Assembly (NCBI GenBank): GCA_964016885.1
Contig: OZ024742.1
Location: forward strand, 368,838,001 to 368,902,000
DNA: 64,000 nucleotides
Direction: 5' to 3'
Source of the DNA: Eledone cirrhosa
Taxonomy: Eukaryota
In this document: one piece after another, positions 1-12,742 of the stretch
Layout of the letters: every line of letters starts with the position of its first letter
Numbering within the stretch: the first letter of the stretch is position 1
Translations under genes and position numbers: made by a program
The notes under the pieces: generated by a model
Database searches by the model: none
The model's input: only the letters and a program-made list of their open reading frames with translations
What the model was told of the DNA's origin: nothing

Positions 1-706
1 AAAAAGTTAATCCTACTGTGACCCCTTGGCAAGTAGTTGTAGGTGGAAGCTTAGAATGTTTTTTATTTTTGTTTGTTTGTTTTTTAAGTACTCATTTGAC
101 TTTTTTTTAACTGTAAGAACAGTAGCTATCAGTTGTTTTCAAAGTAAATGGTACTTAAGTTCTAATAGAAAATATTTTAGGTTAAATTTCTAACATATTT
201 CTATCTAAAAGCTTGTCAAAGTAGTATCTGTTTTTATAAGAGATTGTTGGCCAATCCTCTCTCTACAGACCTACCACATTTTCTCATCTATAAGACATTC
301 TAAACTAAAATTAAGGGCAAAAAAACAGGGAGGTAGGGGCAGATTATTTGTTTTTAGTGAGCTAAAAACACTTATTTTAAATAGATAAGATTTGTTTCTT
401 AATGTTATTTTATATTCTTTAATGTCATTAGAAACTGAATATTGTGAAATATATGTGTGGAATGGAGATTTTGATGGATAACAATTGTATAAAATACAGA
501 CTCGCTCAGCCTGGGAGGTCAGTAGCCTAGCTTCAGTACTGACTTGGTATATATAGACCCATCCAACCCTTGCTAACAGGGAAAGCAGATGTTAAATGAT
601 GATGATGATTATATATATATATATATATCAGATAGGGTGTGGTAAAATACCAGGTGGACCATAACCCACCAAAGTACTTGATACTAGGGGTAGTAGAGTG
701 AGTAAT

Positions 707-802
707 ATGAAAAGATTCAGGACCCTGACGGCTGAGCTCCATCCATTTTGACAGCTAGATCCGAATTCGTAGCTCGGCCATCGGGTTCCTGAATCTTTTC
801 AT
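707..802. repeat. Imperfect foldback hairpin (~32-bp arms) between (TA)n tracts, probably a Penelope pseudo-LTR remnant
   Basis: ATGAAAAGATTCAGGACCCTGACGGCTGAGCT (707-738) is the near reverse complement of AGCTCGGCCATCGGGTTCCTGAATCTTTTCAT (771-802); (TA)n at ~611-628 and ~806-829. Confidence 0.65.
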
Positions 803-1423
803 TCATATATATATATATATATATATATAATCACCTCAGCCTGTCTGGGAGGTCTGTGGCCCCACTTCAGCACTGACTTGGTATATGATAGTTATATCCT
901 GGGGTCATATTCTACTCCAACTAATGATTTATTTACCCTATAAGTAAATGAACCTCCCAAGTCAATGTTTCATTCACAAAACTATATATATACTAGAAGA
1001 TTATTCTTGTCTCAGTTCTGAGAGATTAATTGTAATGGAGGAAGGATAAAAACCCAGAAGCACATGACTGATGTTCCCATATGGCTACTGAGATAGCTGT
1101 GACATGATCACAGCTCAAAATATTCATAGCAAGACTCTTGTATGTTTATTATACATAAACATACAATATATGCCTTCATATACACCCATATGAATCATGC
1201 TGTTAGAGCTAATTATTCTTAGCTGGTAATTTCTATAAAACAGACCATTTCAATCAATTTCTATAAAATACACTATTTCAATAATTAATGAAGGATTTTG
1301 AAGAATTTATTAAAATCATTAATTATTGTCATTACTAAGATAGTAATTTAACTTGTCATATGTTGTCATATGAAATTATGATGGAAGATTATAATAATGA
1401 AATTATTGTGTACAGTACTTAGG

Positions 1424-4400
1424 TGCACTACAACACAATATTGCACTACAACACAATATTGCACTACAACACAATATTGCATTACAACACAATACTGCAC
1501 TACAACACAATATTGCACTACAACACAATATTGCACTACAACACAATATTGCATTACAACACAATACTGCACTACAACACAATATTGCACTACAACACAA
1601 TATTGCACTACAACACATTGCATTACAACACAATATTGCATTACAACACAATATTGCACTACAACACAATATTGCACTACAACACAATATTGCACTACAA
1701 CACAATATTGCATTACAACACAATACTGCATTACAACACAATATTGCACTACAACACAATATTGCACTACAACACAATATTGCACTACAACACAATATTG
1801 CATTACAACACAATATTGCACTACAACACAATATTGCACTACAACACATTGCATTACAACACACTATTGCATTACAACACAATATTGCACTACAACACAA
1901 TATTGCACTACAACACAATATTGCACTACAACACAATATTGCATTACAACACAATACTGCATTACAACACAATATTGCACTACAACACAATATTGCACTA
2001 CAACACAATATTGCATTACAACACAATATTGCATTACAACACAATATTGCACTACAACACAATATTGCACTACAACACAATATTGCACTACAACACAATA
2101 TTGCACTACCACACAATATTGCACTACAACACATTGCATTACAACACAATATTGCATTACAACACAATATTGCACTACAACACAATATTGCACTACAACA
2201 CAATATTGCACTACAACACAATATTGCATTACAACACAATATTGCACTACAACACAATATTGCACTACAACACAATATTGCACTACAACACAATATTGCA
2301 CTACAACACAATATTGCACTACACCACAATATTGCATTACAACACAATATTGCACTACAACACAATATTGCACTACAACACAATATTGCACTACAACACA
2401 ATATTGCACTACAACACAATATTGCATTACAACACAATATTGCACTACAACACAATATTGCACTACAACACAATATTGCACTACAACACAATATTGCATT
2501 ACAACACAATATTGCACTACAACACAATATTGCATTACAACACAATATTGCATTACAACAATATTGCATTACAACACAATATTGCACTACAACACAATAT
2601 TGCACTACAACACAATATTGCATTACAACACAATATTGCATTACAACACAATATTGCATTACAACAATATTGCACTACAACACAATATTGCACTACAACA
2701 CAATATTGCACTACAACACAATATTGCACTACAACACAATATTGCACTACAACACAATATTGCACTACAACACAATATTGCACTACAACACAATATTGCA
2801 TTACAACACAATATTGCATTACAACACAATATTGCATTACAACAATATTGCACTACAACACAATATTGCACTACAACACAATATTGCACTACAACACAAT
2901 ATTGCATTACAACACAATATTGCACTACAACACAATATTGCACTACAACACAATATTGCACTACAACACAATATTGCACTACAACACAATATTGCACTAC
3001 AACACAATATTGCACTACAACACAATATTGCACTACAACACAATATTGCACTACAACACAATATTGCACTACAACACAATATTGCATTAGAACACAATAT
3101 TGCATTAGAACACAATATTGCACTACAACACAATATTGCACTACAACACAATATTGCACTACAACACAATATTGCACTACAACACAATATTGCATTACAA
3201 CACAATATTGCACTACAACACAATATTGCACTACAACACAATATTGCACTACAACACAATATTGCACTACAACACAATATTGCACTACAACACAATATTG
3301 CACTACAACACAATATTGCATTACAACACAATATTGCACTACAACACAATATTGCATTAGAACACAATATTGCACTACAACACAATATTACACTACAACA
3401 CAATATTGCACTACAACACAATATTGCACTACAACACAATATTACATTACAACACAATATTGCACTACAACACAATATTGCACTACAACACAATATTGCA
3501 CTACAACACAATATTGCACTACAACACAATATTGCACTACAACACAATATTGCACTACAACACAATATTACATTACAACACAATATTGCACTACAACACA
3601 ATATTACACTACAACACAATATTGCACTACAACACAATATTACACTACAACACAATATTGCACTACAACACAATATTGCACTACAACACAATATTACATT
3701 ACAACACAATATTGCACTACAACACAATATTACACTACAACACAATATTGCACTACAACACAATATTGCACTACAACACAATATTGCACTACAACACAAT
3801 ATTGCACTACAACACAATATTGCACTACAACACAATATTGCACTACAACACAATATTACACTACAACACAATATTGCACAACACAATATTGCACTACAAC
3901 ACAATATTGCACTACAACACAATATTGCACTACAACACAATATTACACTACAACACAATATTGCACTACAACACAATATTGCACTACAACACAATATTGC
4001 ACTACAACACAATATTGCACTACAACACAATATTACACTACAACACAATATTGCACTACAACACAATATTGCACTACAACACAATATTGCACTACAACAC
4101 AATATTACATTACAACACAATATTGCACTACAACACAATATTACACTACAACACAATATTGCACTACAACACAATATTGCACTACAACACAATATTGCAC
4201 TACAACACAATATTGCACTACAACACAATATTGCACTACAACACAATATTGCACTACAACACAATATTGCACTACAACACAATATTGCACTACAACACAA
4301 TATTGCACTACAACACAATATTGCACTACAACACAATATTGCACTACAACACAATATTACACTACAACACAATATTGCACTACAACACAATATTGCACTA

Positions 4401-5376
4401 CAACACAATATTGCACTACAACACAATATTGCACTACAACACAATATTACACTACAACACAATATTGCACTACAACACAATATTGCACTACAACACAATA
4501 TTGCACTACAACACAATATTACATTACAACACAATATTGCATTACAACACAATATTACACTACAACACAATATTGCACTACAACACAATATTGCACTACA
4601 ACACAATATTGCATTACAATACAATATTGCACTACAACACAATATTGCACTACAACACAATATTGCACTACAACACAATATTGCACTACAACACAATATT
4701 ACACTACAACACAATATTGCACTACAACACAATATTGCACTACAACACAATATTGCACTACAACACAATATTGCACTACAACACAATATTGCACTACAAC
4801 ACAATATTACACTACAACACAATATTACACTACAACACAATATTACACTACAACACAATATTGCACTACAACACAATATTACACTACAACACAATATTGC
4901 ACTACAACACAATATTGCACTACAACACAATATTGCACTACAACACAATATTGCACTACAACACAATATTACACTACAACACAATATTACACTACAACAC
5001 AATATTGCACTACAACACAATATTACACTACAACACAATATTGCACTACAACACAATATTGCACTACAACACAATATTGCACTACAACACAATATTACAC
5101 TACAACACAATATTGCACTACAACACAATATTACACTACAACACAATATTGCACTACAACACAATATTGCACTACAACACAATATTGCACTACAACACAA
5201 TATTACACTACAACACAATATTGCACTACAACACAATATTGCACTACAACACAATATTGCACTACAACACAATATTACACTACAACACAATATTGCACTA
5301 CAACACAATATTGCACTACAACACAATATTACACTACAACACAATATTGCACTACAACACAATATTGCACTACAAT
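1424..5376. repeat. 18-bp tandem minisatellite (GCACTACAACACAATATT)n, ~220 copies
   Basis: Direct reading; 6-aa periodicity in all frames of the ORF track (CTTTQY / ILHYNT / IALQHN); variants GCATTAC and TACACTAC. Confidence 0.98.
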
Positions 5377-5385
5377 ATAATTTAA

Positions 5386-5617
5386 CCCTTTAGCATTTAA
5401 ACCAGCCATAACCGGCCAGAATTTTCTCACCTCTTTCAGTTCAAACAAGCCATAACTGGCCACTTATACTAATGTTAAGGTATTGTTCTCAAAATAAATA
5501 ATATCAAAATCTCATAGATTCGATATTATGTGAGATATTATGTGAGATATTATGTGAGATAAAGCCTCTACTGCGAAAATACAACAGTATATATAGAGTA
5601 ATGTAAATGCTAAAGGG
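5386..5617 (+). mobile_element. piggyBac-type MITE, family A, copy 1
   Basis: TTAA (5382-5385) | CCCTTTAGCATTTA ... TAAATGCTAAAGGG | TTAA (5618-5621): perfect 14-bp terminal inverted repeats starting CCCT, TTAA target duplication, no ORF; internal GATATTATGTGA triplicated. Confidence 0.85.
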
Positions 5618-6324
5618 TTAAATAGGAAGCCTTTAAAATGAGATTCTTTTGTTTTTTAGAGGTAAGGCTAGTATTGGGTAGGTTGCTATCAAAGGTTTAA
5701 GGAATTTCAACTATAGGGAAAATGGATGATAAATTATGATGATGATGCTGATAGTAGTCACCTCAGATATATAAAGTTCACAGAGTGAAGCTTTAGCTAT
5801 AAATAAATTATTGTGTATGACCTGACTAACCCATGCAAGTGTAGAAAAATAAGACGAACGGTGATGATGATGATGTATGTATATACAAATATGTGTGTAT
5901 AGACATGAACGAGTGTATAAATTTTGAATGAATAAGAATCTAAGCACAGATAAGAGAGTGTGAATACATATAAATGAGTGTGTGTGTGTGTTTGTGCATA
6001 AAATGAATAAGTGTATAGACTTATGAATGAGCAATTCTGTGGCCACACAGAAGTGTGTGGATGCATTTGAATAGGAATAATTGTGGGTATGTACACATGA
6101 AGGCAATGAATGAATTTGATATACAAGTTCTGCTAGGATGTGTCTACAGACTAATCCAACCTTTGTATGTGTCCATAACTCTTGGTAAAGCTGCCAAGGG
6201 TGCTGTAATGCAATATGGCATTTCTTGGCCATTTTAAACCTGGTGGGACTAAGTCCTCTCCAGGTCTGAACAAAGTTAATTTCTTCTAGAGAGAGAGAAG
6301 AGAGAGCGAGAGATAGAGGAAGAA

Positions 6325-6480
6325 TTGACCCCAATACTAGGCTGGTACTTTTTTATCAACCTCAAAAGGATGACAGGCAAAGCTGACCTCAGCAGGATTT
6401 GAACTCAGTACACAGAGAACCAGCAGAAATACCACAAAACCTTCTATCCAATGCTGTAATGGTTCTGCCAATCTGCTGCT
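6325..6480 (-). mobile_element. Degenerate tRNA-derived SINE (same family as 44736-44917)
   Basis: CTGGTACTTTTTTATCAACCTCAAAAGGATGACAGGCAAAGCTGACCTCAGCAGGATTTGAACTCAG ... CTGCCAATCTGCTGC aligns by eye to the reverse complement of the SINE body, B-box and head. Confidence 0.7.
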
Positions 6481-6788
6481 TGATCCAACCAAAACTATTT
6501 GTAAAACACATGGAAATACATAAAAGACAATAAAAATGCCACAGTACCTTATTGGTAAGGATGATACAAATATCAACAACAGCTAAAGTATCACTGGAAG
6601 CCATCTCAGAAGCCCTTCGGTAGGTGATATAAATACGGCTACTATTGCTATTGTTTACATTGGCTGAATGACCATGTGCAGTTGTATGAACAATCTCACA
6701 ACCTGACATTAGTTTCTCCTTCCCTTCATATAAAACTCTGAAAATATACAAATAGAAATATATATAAATAAAGTTATACCAGGATTAA

Positions 6789-6995
6789 CCCTTTAGCATT
6801 TAAACCGGTTGTATCTGGCCAGAATCCTCTCACCTCTTTCTGTTCAAACTGGCCATAATTAGCTGCTCATACTTATGTTAAGGTATTGTTCTCAAAATGA
6901 ATAATATCAAAATCCCATAGATTGATATTATGTGAGGTAAAGCCTTTACCATGAAAATACAATAGTAAATATAGAGTAATGTAAATGCTACAGGG
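6789..6995 (+). mobile_element. piggyBac-type MITE, family A, copy 2
   Basis: TTAA (6785-6788) | CCCTTTAGCATTTA ... TAAATGCTACAGGG | TTAA (6996-6999); internal sequence colinear with copy 1. Confidence 0.85.
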
Positions 6996-7290
6996 TTAAA
7001 CCAGTATTAAACTAGTTAGACAATTATTCAACTTTGGATAGTAGAGTGTGATTATATTAGAAAGAGTTCAGGGCCTGACTCTTTCTAATATAATAAATCA
7101 AAACTGTAACAAATGAAATAAATTATGGTCACCCTACTTTATCAGTGATACTTCAACAACAATCTAATAAATCAGCTCTGTGATTGAAAATAGGGAACAC
7201 TTCGATAACCCAACATATATACATGGTGGTGCCCCAGTATGAGCTCAGCCTGTCAGCTGGAACACACAGTGTAGTAGAGTAATATATATA

Positions 7291-7638
7291 TAATAAAAGA
7301 CCAATAAGTTTCAAAAAGCCGGTACAACTCAGAAAAATATAAAGGGCAAATGATGGCAACACAAAACAAAGTAATGCTTTACTTGGTATATTTCAGGGCT
7401 AATACCCTCTTTTCATATGAGGAGCTGAAATATGCATATTTCAGACATGTAGCCCACTTAAGGAAGAACACATCAATTATTTGTTTGGAACTGTTTCAGC
7501 TCCACATTTGAAAAGGGGTGATAACCCTGAAATATGTTGAAATATACTGGGTAAAACATTACTTTGTTTGTCAACATTTACCCTTTGTATATTTCTACCA
7601 CATTGTACTGGCTTTTTGAACTTATCAGTCTTTTATTA
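7291..7638. repeat. Old, degenerate foldback (~350 bp) carrying a TTGAAAA-variant hammerhead-like motif
   Basis: TAATAAAAGACCAATAAGTTTCAAAAAGCCGGTACAA (from 7291) versus TTGTACTGGCTTTTTGAACTTATCAGTCTTTTATTA (to 7638); inner AAACAAAGTAATG / CATTACTTTGTTT; right arm has TTGAAAA-GGGG-TGATAA-CCCT-GAAA at 7508-7532. Confidence 0.65.
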
Positions 7639-7711
7639 CATATTTCACAATGCTTCATATTAACTATATATATTAGGATTGGTGCTCTGAAATAGCGATG
7701 TATATATGAAT

Positions 7712-7890
7712 GTATGTATAGTATATTTGGCAATATACCGTATGTTTAATTAAAAACATTTAGAAAACCATACTCTATCGGTTTTAAAGTAGTGACTAAT
7801 GACTTGCCACTACTTTAAAACCGATAGTGTAAGGTCTTCTAAATGTTTTTAATTAAACATACGGTATATTGCCAAATATACTATACATAC
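7712..7890. repeat. Near-perfect foldback hairpin (~83-bp arms, 13-nt loop)
   Basis: GTATGTATAGTATATTTGGCAATATACCG...AAAGTAGTG (7712-7794) pairs with CACTACTTT...CGGTATATTGCCAAATATACTATACATAC (7808-7890) with few mismatches. Confidence 0.9.
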
Positions 7891-7896
7891 GTTGAT

Positions 7897-10800
7897 ATCA
7901 TCATCATCATCAACGTTTAAAGTCCGTGTTCCACGCTTGCATGGGTTTGGACGGGGGTATTCCCACTTGAGGCAAGAGTGATTGTCTTGCTCGCATAGGA
8001 CTGTCTGGCAGGTTTTCTACAGTTGGATGCCCTTCCTAACACCAACCACATTTACAGTGTGGGTCTGGAAGGTTTTTACCGTGTTGCCTACACGGCCACA
8101 TTACAGCGTGGACTGTGTGTTTTTTTGTCGTGACACCTACATGATCTCATTTGTTTCGGTCTGGATGGCGCGGCACCAACATAACTTTACATAGAACGGG
8201 GTGGTGTGGATGGGGTGGGGGTGGTGGGACGGGGTTGTATTTTGTTAGAGATGCCTACTGGCTGTAGTAGGTTTTACTATGTATTTAGGTAAGGCGGGTC
8301 TTCTCTGTTACTGAGTACCGCCAAAGGTCTCGGTCCAGTGACATTGTCTTGGAGAGGTGTAAGTGTGTGAAGTCGGAGTTTATCAGCTCATCCCAGGTTT
8401 TTCTAGGTCTGCCTATTCCGTAGCTACCGTCTATCTTTATTGCCCTGCACTTTGTTATACAGCTATCGACTTTCATGCGCATCACGTGTCCATACCAACG
8501 TAGCCTTCTCTCGAGTAAACAACATCTGATCCCTCTTATTTCTAATTTTTTCCTTAGTTCGTTTATGCTTTGCCGTTCACGTATATTACTGTTACACATC
8601 CAGCGGAGCATGCAAGCTTCGTTCCTCTCTAGTCTGCGTATATCCTCTGCACACAATGCCCAGGTCTCACTGCCATGCAACATTGCTGTTCGTATGCAGG
8701 CATCATACAACCTGCCTTTCATTTTTAGGGAGAACCCTTTAGCAGCTAATAGTGGTATAAGCTCTCTGAACTTTTTCCAACCAGTTCTGACTCTAGCTAC
8801 AGTACTTTCAGAGCACCCTCCCCCACTGCTGATTTTATCGCCCAGGTAACGGAAGCTGTCCACTATTTCTATAGAACTCTCTGCACAATTGAAAGAGCTA
8901 GTATTTTGTGGGCACTTGCTGCTACTTATTGCACCAGAGCACCGGCCACATGTAAAATCTATGTTCTTAGTTAGCTTACCTGTGATCCCACTACATCTTT
9001 TATGCACCCATACTTTGCATTTGGGACATAAAATGGAGTTTCTACCTACGCCTTTCCTACACACTGAGCATGACCATTTCCCAGAAGGGACCGCCGCCTT
9101 ATTTTCTTTCCTACAAACTAGAACTTTAGTCTTAGCCAGGTTAATTTTAAGTCCTTTTGATTCTAGGCCGTGCTTCCATGTTTGGAATTTCTTCTCTAGC
9201 TCGGCCATTGATTCAGCTATGAGTGTCAGGTCGTCTGCGTATAGGTGTTCCCATGGGCAGCCGGTCTTGAACTCCTCTGTTATAGCCTGAAGGGCAATAA
9301 TAAATAGTAGGGGGCTGAGAACAGAGCCCTGATGGACGTCAACTTTTACGCTAAACTCTTCACTATATTCGTTGTTAATTCTAACCTTGCTGACTGTTTC
9401 TTTATACATGGCTTGTATAGCTCTCACAAGCCATTCGTCAACCCCTAGTTTTCTAAGAGCCCACCAGATAATGGAGCAGGGGACTCTGTCGAAGGCTTTC
9501 TCCAAGTCGACAAAAGCTAAGTAGAGGGGTTTACCTTTAGCTAGGTACTTCTCCTGTAGTTGTCGTACAATGAAAAGAGCGTCTGTGGTACTTTTGCCTG
9601 ACACAAACCCGAACTGCATTTCATCTAGGTCAATTCTCTCTCTGATTAGTTGCGCTATTACTTTTTCCGTGACCTTCATGACCTGGTCGATTAATTTAAT
9701 TCCTCTATAGTTACTCCTATCTAGGGCATCTCCTTTACCCTTATAACAGTTAACGATAATGCTGCTATGCCAGTCCTTCGGAACAACCCCATTCTGTACG
9801 ACTTGGTTAACTATGCGGGTGACCATGGTGTGTCCCACCGTGCCAGATGCCTTCAGCATCTCAGCAACTATTTCCGAAGGCCCAGCCGCCTTACCCGTTT
9901 TCATATCCTTGATTGCCTTACTTATTATACTCCCCTCGACTAACACTGCTGGTCCCTCTATTGGGTCGATGTGGGGGAGACTGTCTTTCTCCCATTTATT
10001 CTCCTCGTTTAGTAGCCTTTCATAGTGACACTTCCAAGGTACCTTCTTATCAGCGTCGGTGATGCCAAGTACGCCGTCATCATTAAGTACACACTTCTCC
10101 CCGACAATATCACGGTTTTCCTTGACGCATTGCCTAGCAATCCTGAACACCTCACGTTATTGGTCCTCGCGTTGTAGAACATGCTTGAACTTTCTTTCCT
10201 CTGCTTCCCTTCTTGCGAAGTACACTTGACTCCTAGCTTCCCTCCTGGCCACTTGATAGTCTTCTCTACTTCCCCCATCCCGCCATACTTTCCAAGCCTG
10301 CTTTTTGGCCTTAATTGACCCCTCCACCTTACTGTTCCACCACCATGTTACTCTCCTCCTGCCTACAGGCCTGCTCCAGCCACAGACTTCGTCTGTCGCC
10401 ATCAGCAGGTTTGCTTTCAGAAATTCCCACTGTCCCTCTATATTGTCCGACTCTAAATGCTCTTCCTTACTGTCGAAAGCATCGAGTAATATGCTTTGAA
10501 ATTTATTTCTGGCTGTGGGGTCCTTTAGCTTCCATATTTTTCTCCTGAGGATAGTCCTCTTCTGCTGTCGAGTACGTCTCGTCCTGACTATGAGGTCGCT
10601 AATTATCAGTCTATGTTGGGAGGTGCATTCTTCATGGGGGAGGGATTTAGTGTTTACAACAGACACTCTGTCACGTCTTCTGGTAAGGATATAATCTACC
10701 TGGCTTGTGTGTTCCCCGGATCTATAGGTGATCAGGTGATTGTCACGTTTTTTTAAGTTAGTGTTACAGATAGTTAGGTTATTTGCGTCACAGAATTCCA

Positions 10801-11525
10801 GGATTCTGGAGCCTTCCTCATTTCTAGTACCAAACCCATAGCCTCCATGGATTTCGTCGTAGCCGTCACAATGTTGTCCAACGTGACCATTTAGGTTGCC
10901 TGCAATAATTATATAGTCACTGTCGGTTATTTGGGAGGTAGTGAGCATCAGTGTCTCATAGAATCTGTCTTTTATAGTGCCGGGCAGTCCGGATTGGGGT
11001 GCGTACGCAGATATTACTGTCACCGTAGTTCTATTGAGGACAAGTCGTATTTTAATTATTCTGTCGTTCACTCTATTTACGTCTATTATCTTATCTGCCC
11101 ACTTTTCTGCTACCATGATTCCTACTCCACCCAGCCCATCGTCGTTTCCCACCCAGAAAAGCTTATAACATCGTTTTTTACCCTCAATGAATCTAGCAGA
11201 CCCACCCCTCCACCTGGTCTCTTGAATACAACAAACATCGACCTCCTTACGTTCAAGCATTTCTACAACCTCGTTAGCGCGACCCTTTAGGGTGCCTACA
11301 TTTATGGTACCAACTCTGAAGTTTTGGATTGCGTTTGGAGGGTGGGGGCGGTGGGGGGCAGGGGGAGATGGGGTTATGTTAGCCGTCCGCGGTCGAAACA
11401 AAGAGGAGTGCTCGCATTCTCGTCCACGAGGTGAATTTGTCTTTATCTTTGGCATTTTCGCTGAGCGTCCAGATTTTTCTCTCTCTTCCACTCTCCAGGA
11501 TTCCGCAGTCCATCCATCCATCCAT
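7897..11525 (-). mobile_element. RTE-clade non-LTR retrotransposon (LINE), near full length
   Basis: APE followed by RT in one reading frame; RTE-type 3' UTR (GATGCCCTTCCTAACACCAACC at ~8026-8047) and a (GAT)n tail, read as ATCATCATCATCATC at 7897-7911 on +. Confidence 0.9.
8285..11521 (-). pseudogene. RTE APE-RT polyprotein interrupted by one in-frame TAA (10159-10157)
   Basis: ORFs 10157..11521 and 8285..10150 are in the same frame (EDQ*REVFRIARQ). APE motifs: GTINVGTL, CIQETRW, SAYAPQ, IAGNLNGHVG, QVDYIL. RT motifs: NYRGIKL, QFGF, AFVDLEKAFDRV, HQGSVLSPLLF, LYADD, FRYLG. GNLN in place of the usual GD(F/L)N suggests a lost catalytic Asp. Confidence 0.88.
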
Positions 11526-11638
11526 CATATATCGAAAGGCAACCGGGCAAGCGATAGTATAGGCCTCTGGCTTATGATTGTTCCGCGTAATAATAATGGT
11601 GATGCGTACATATATATATATATATATATATAATAATG

Positions 11639-11693
<55 letters not shown>

Positions 11694-11769
11694 GGTGTTG
11701 GATGCTGAAAGCGCCCGTATGTGGTAGGCTGTATGAGCACTCAATGCCCTCATAGAGCAGAGTATAATT

Positions 11770-11964
11770 TCACAGAAAAAAGAGAATCAGTGTTGCGATG
11801 AAAGGAATTTATTGGACATATTACAATTGTTTCTCGGGCGACCAGCTAGAGTTTGATCATAGGTTTGATCACCACATTGATCGTGCCTCGAGCTGGTTGC
11901 CCGAGAAACAATTGTAATATGTCCAATAAATTCCTTTCGTCGCAACACTGATTCTCTTTTTTCT

Positions 11965-11968
<4 letters not shown>
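11770..11968. repeat. Foldback hairpin (~82-bp arms) whose arms carry the 3' half of a hammerhead and a poly(A) signal
   Basis: TCACAGAAAAAAGAGAATCAGTGTTGCG... (11770-11851) pairs with 11887-11968; the arm reads CCCGA-GAAAC-AATT-GTA-ATATGTCC-AATAAA; no CTGANGA seen; followed by (TA)n. Confidence 0.85.
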
Positions 11969-12017
<49 letters not shown>

Positions 12018-12365
12018 AAGTCTAATAAATTGGGAGATCAACTTTGTTGAAGTTTATCAAGAGGGTTTAAAGTTCAATATGTTTGTACGATCCACAAATA
12101 TAAAGAACAAATTTATACGAGATGCAATCCATTGGGTAAAAATATCAAAAATTTGAATGTAAAACCATAGAGTATGAATAATTAATTATAATTCAAGGGT
12201 TTTGAGAGAATTTTATTAGTTTTACATACGCTTCACCAAACACAGAAAATATCTATAGATAAGGATGACTAAATACATTTTTTTTAATTTAGTAAGTTAT
12301 CAATATATGGAATTAAATCATATACAAGCATGCTAAAAAAACAAAATGAAAGGAAAAATAAAAAG

Positions 12366-12401
<36 letters not shown>

Positions 12402-12404
<3 letters not shown>

Positions 12405-12541
12405 TAGTAACAACAGTTAGTTCACCATACCGAGAACAATTGTTTCACCTTATGCGGATCTTCAGCTCGGACTGGTCCGCTGAAGATCCGCATAAAGTGA
12501 AAATTGTTCTCGGTATGGTGAACTAACTGTTGTTACTACTT
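12402..12541. repeat. Foldback hairpin of two inverted pseudo-LTR fragments, directly after (TA)n
   Basis: AAGTAGTAACAACAGTTAGTTCACCATACCGAGAACAATT... pairs with ...AATTGTTCTCGGTATGGTGAACTAACTGTTGTTACTACTT. Confidence 0.9.
12430..12470 (-). ncRNA. Minimal type I hammerhead ribozyme
   Basis: Minus strand reads CCGAG-CTGAAGA-T-CC-GCATAA-GG-T-GAAA-C-AATT-G-TT-CTCGG: stem I CCGAG/CTCGG, CUGANGA and GAAA core, palindromic stem III AACAATTGTT, cleavage triplet GUU. Confidence 0.8.
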
Positions 12542-12742
12542 CTACCTAACTCATCCCATGGACTGAGTACTCTACCACTACGGATATTACCTTCCAGTGT
12601 TCTATCTCTCTCTCTCATATATATATATATTCTGTCTCTTATATATTCCATGTGCCATTACCAACCTCAATTTTCTCTATAACCTTCGTTTTGTGTAGAA
12701 AATTACACTTTTCATATATACTAACCTACGCAAATCCGGAAA

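Noticed and set aside
1366-5393. Long Cys/Thr/His-rich ORFs (up to 1327 aa) on both strands
   Set aside because: They are translations of an 18-bp tandem repeat, open in several frames at once, and change frame at indels with no sign of constraint.
5711-6334. 207-aa minus-strand ORF
   Set aside because: Spans (GA)n, (TG)n and (GAT)n simple repeats and has no recognisable domain.
7808-7835. Hammerhead in the 7712-7890 hairpin (TAAAACCGATAG, resembling GAAACCGGTAG)
   Set aside because: No CTGANGA or TTGAAAA core and GAAA is not intact; at most a decayed 3' half.
8475-11633. Plus-strand ORFs overlapping the RTE element
   Set aside because: Antisense shadows of the RTE coding sequence with no motifs of their own.
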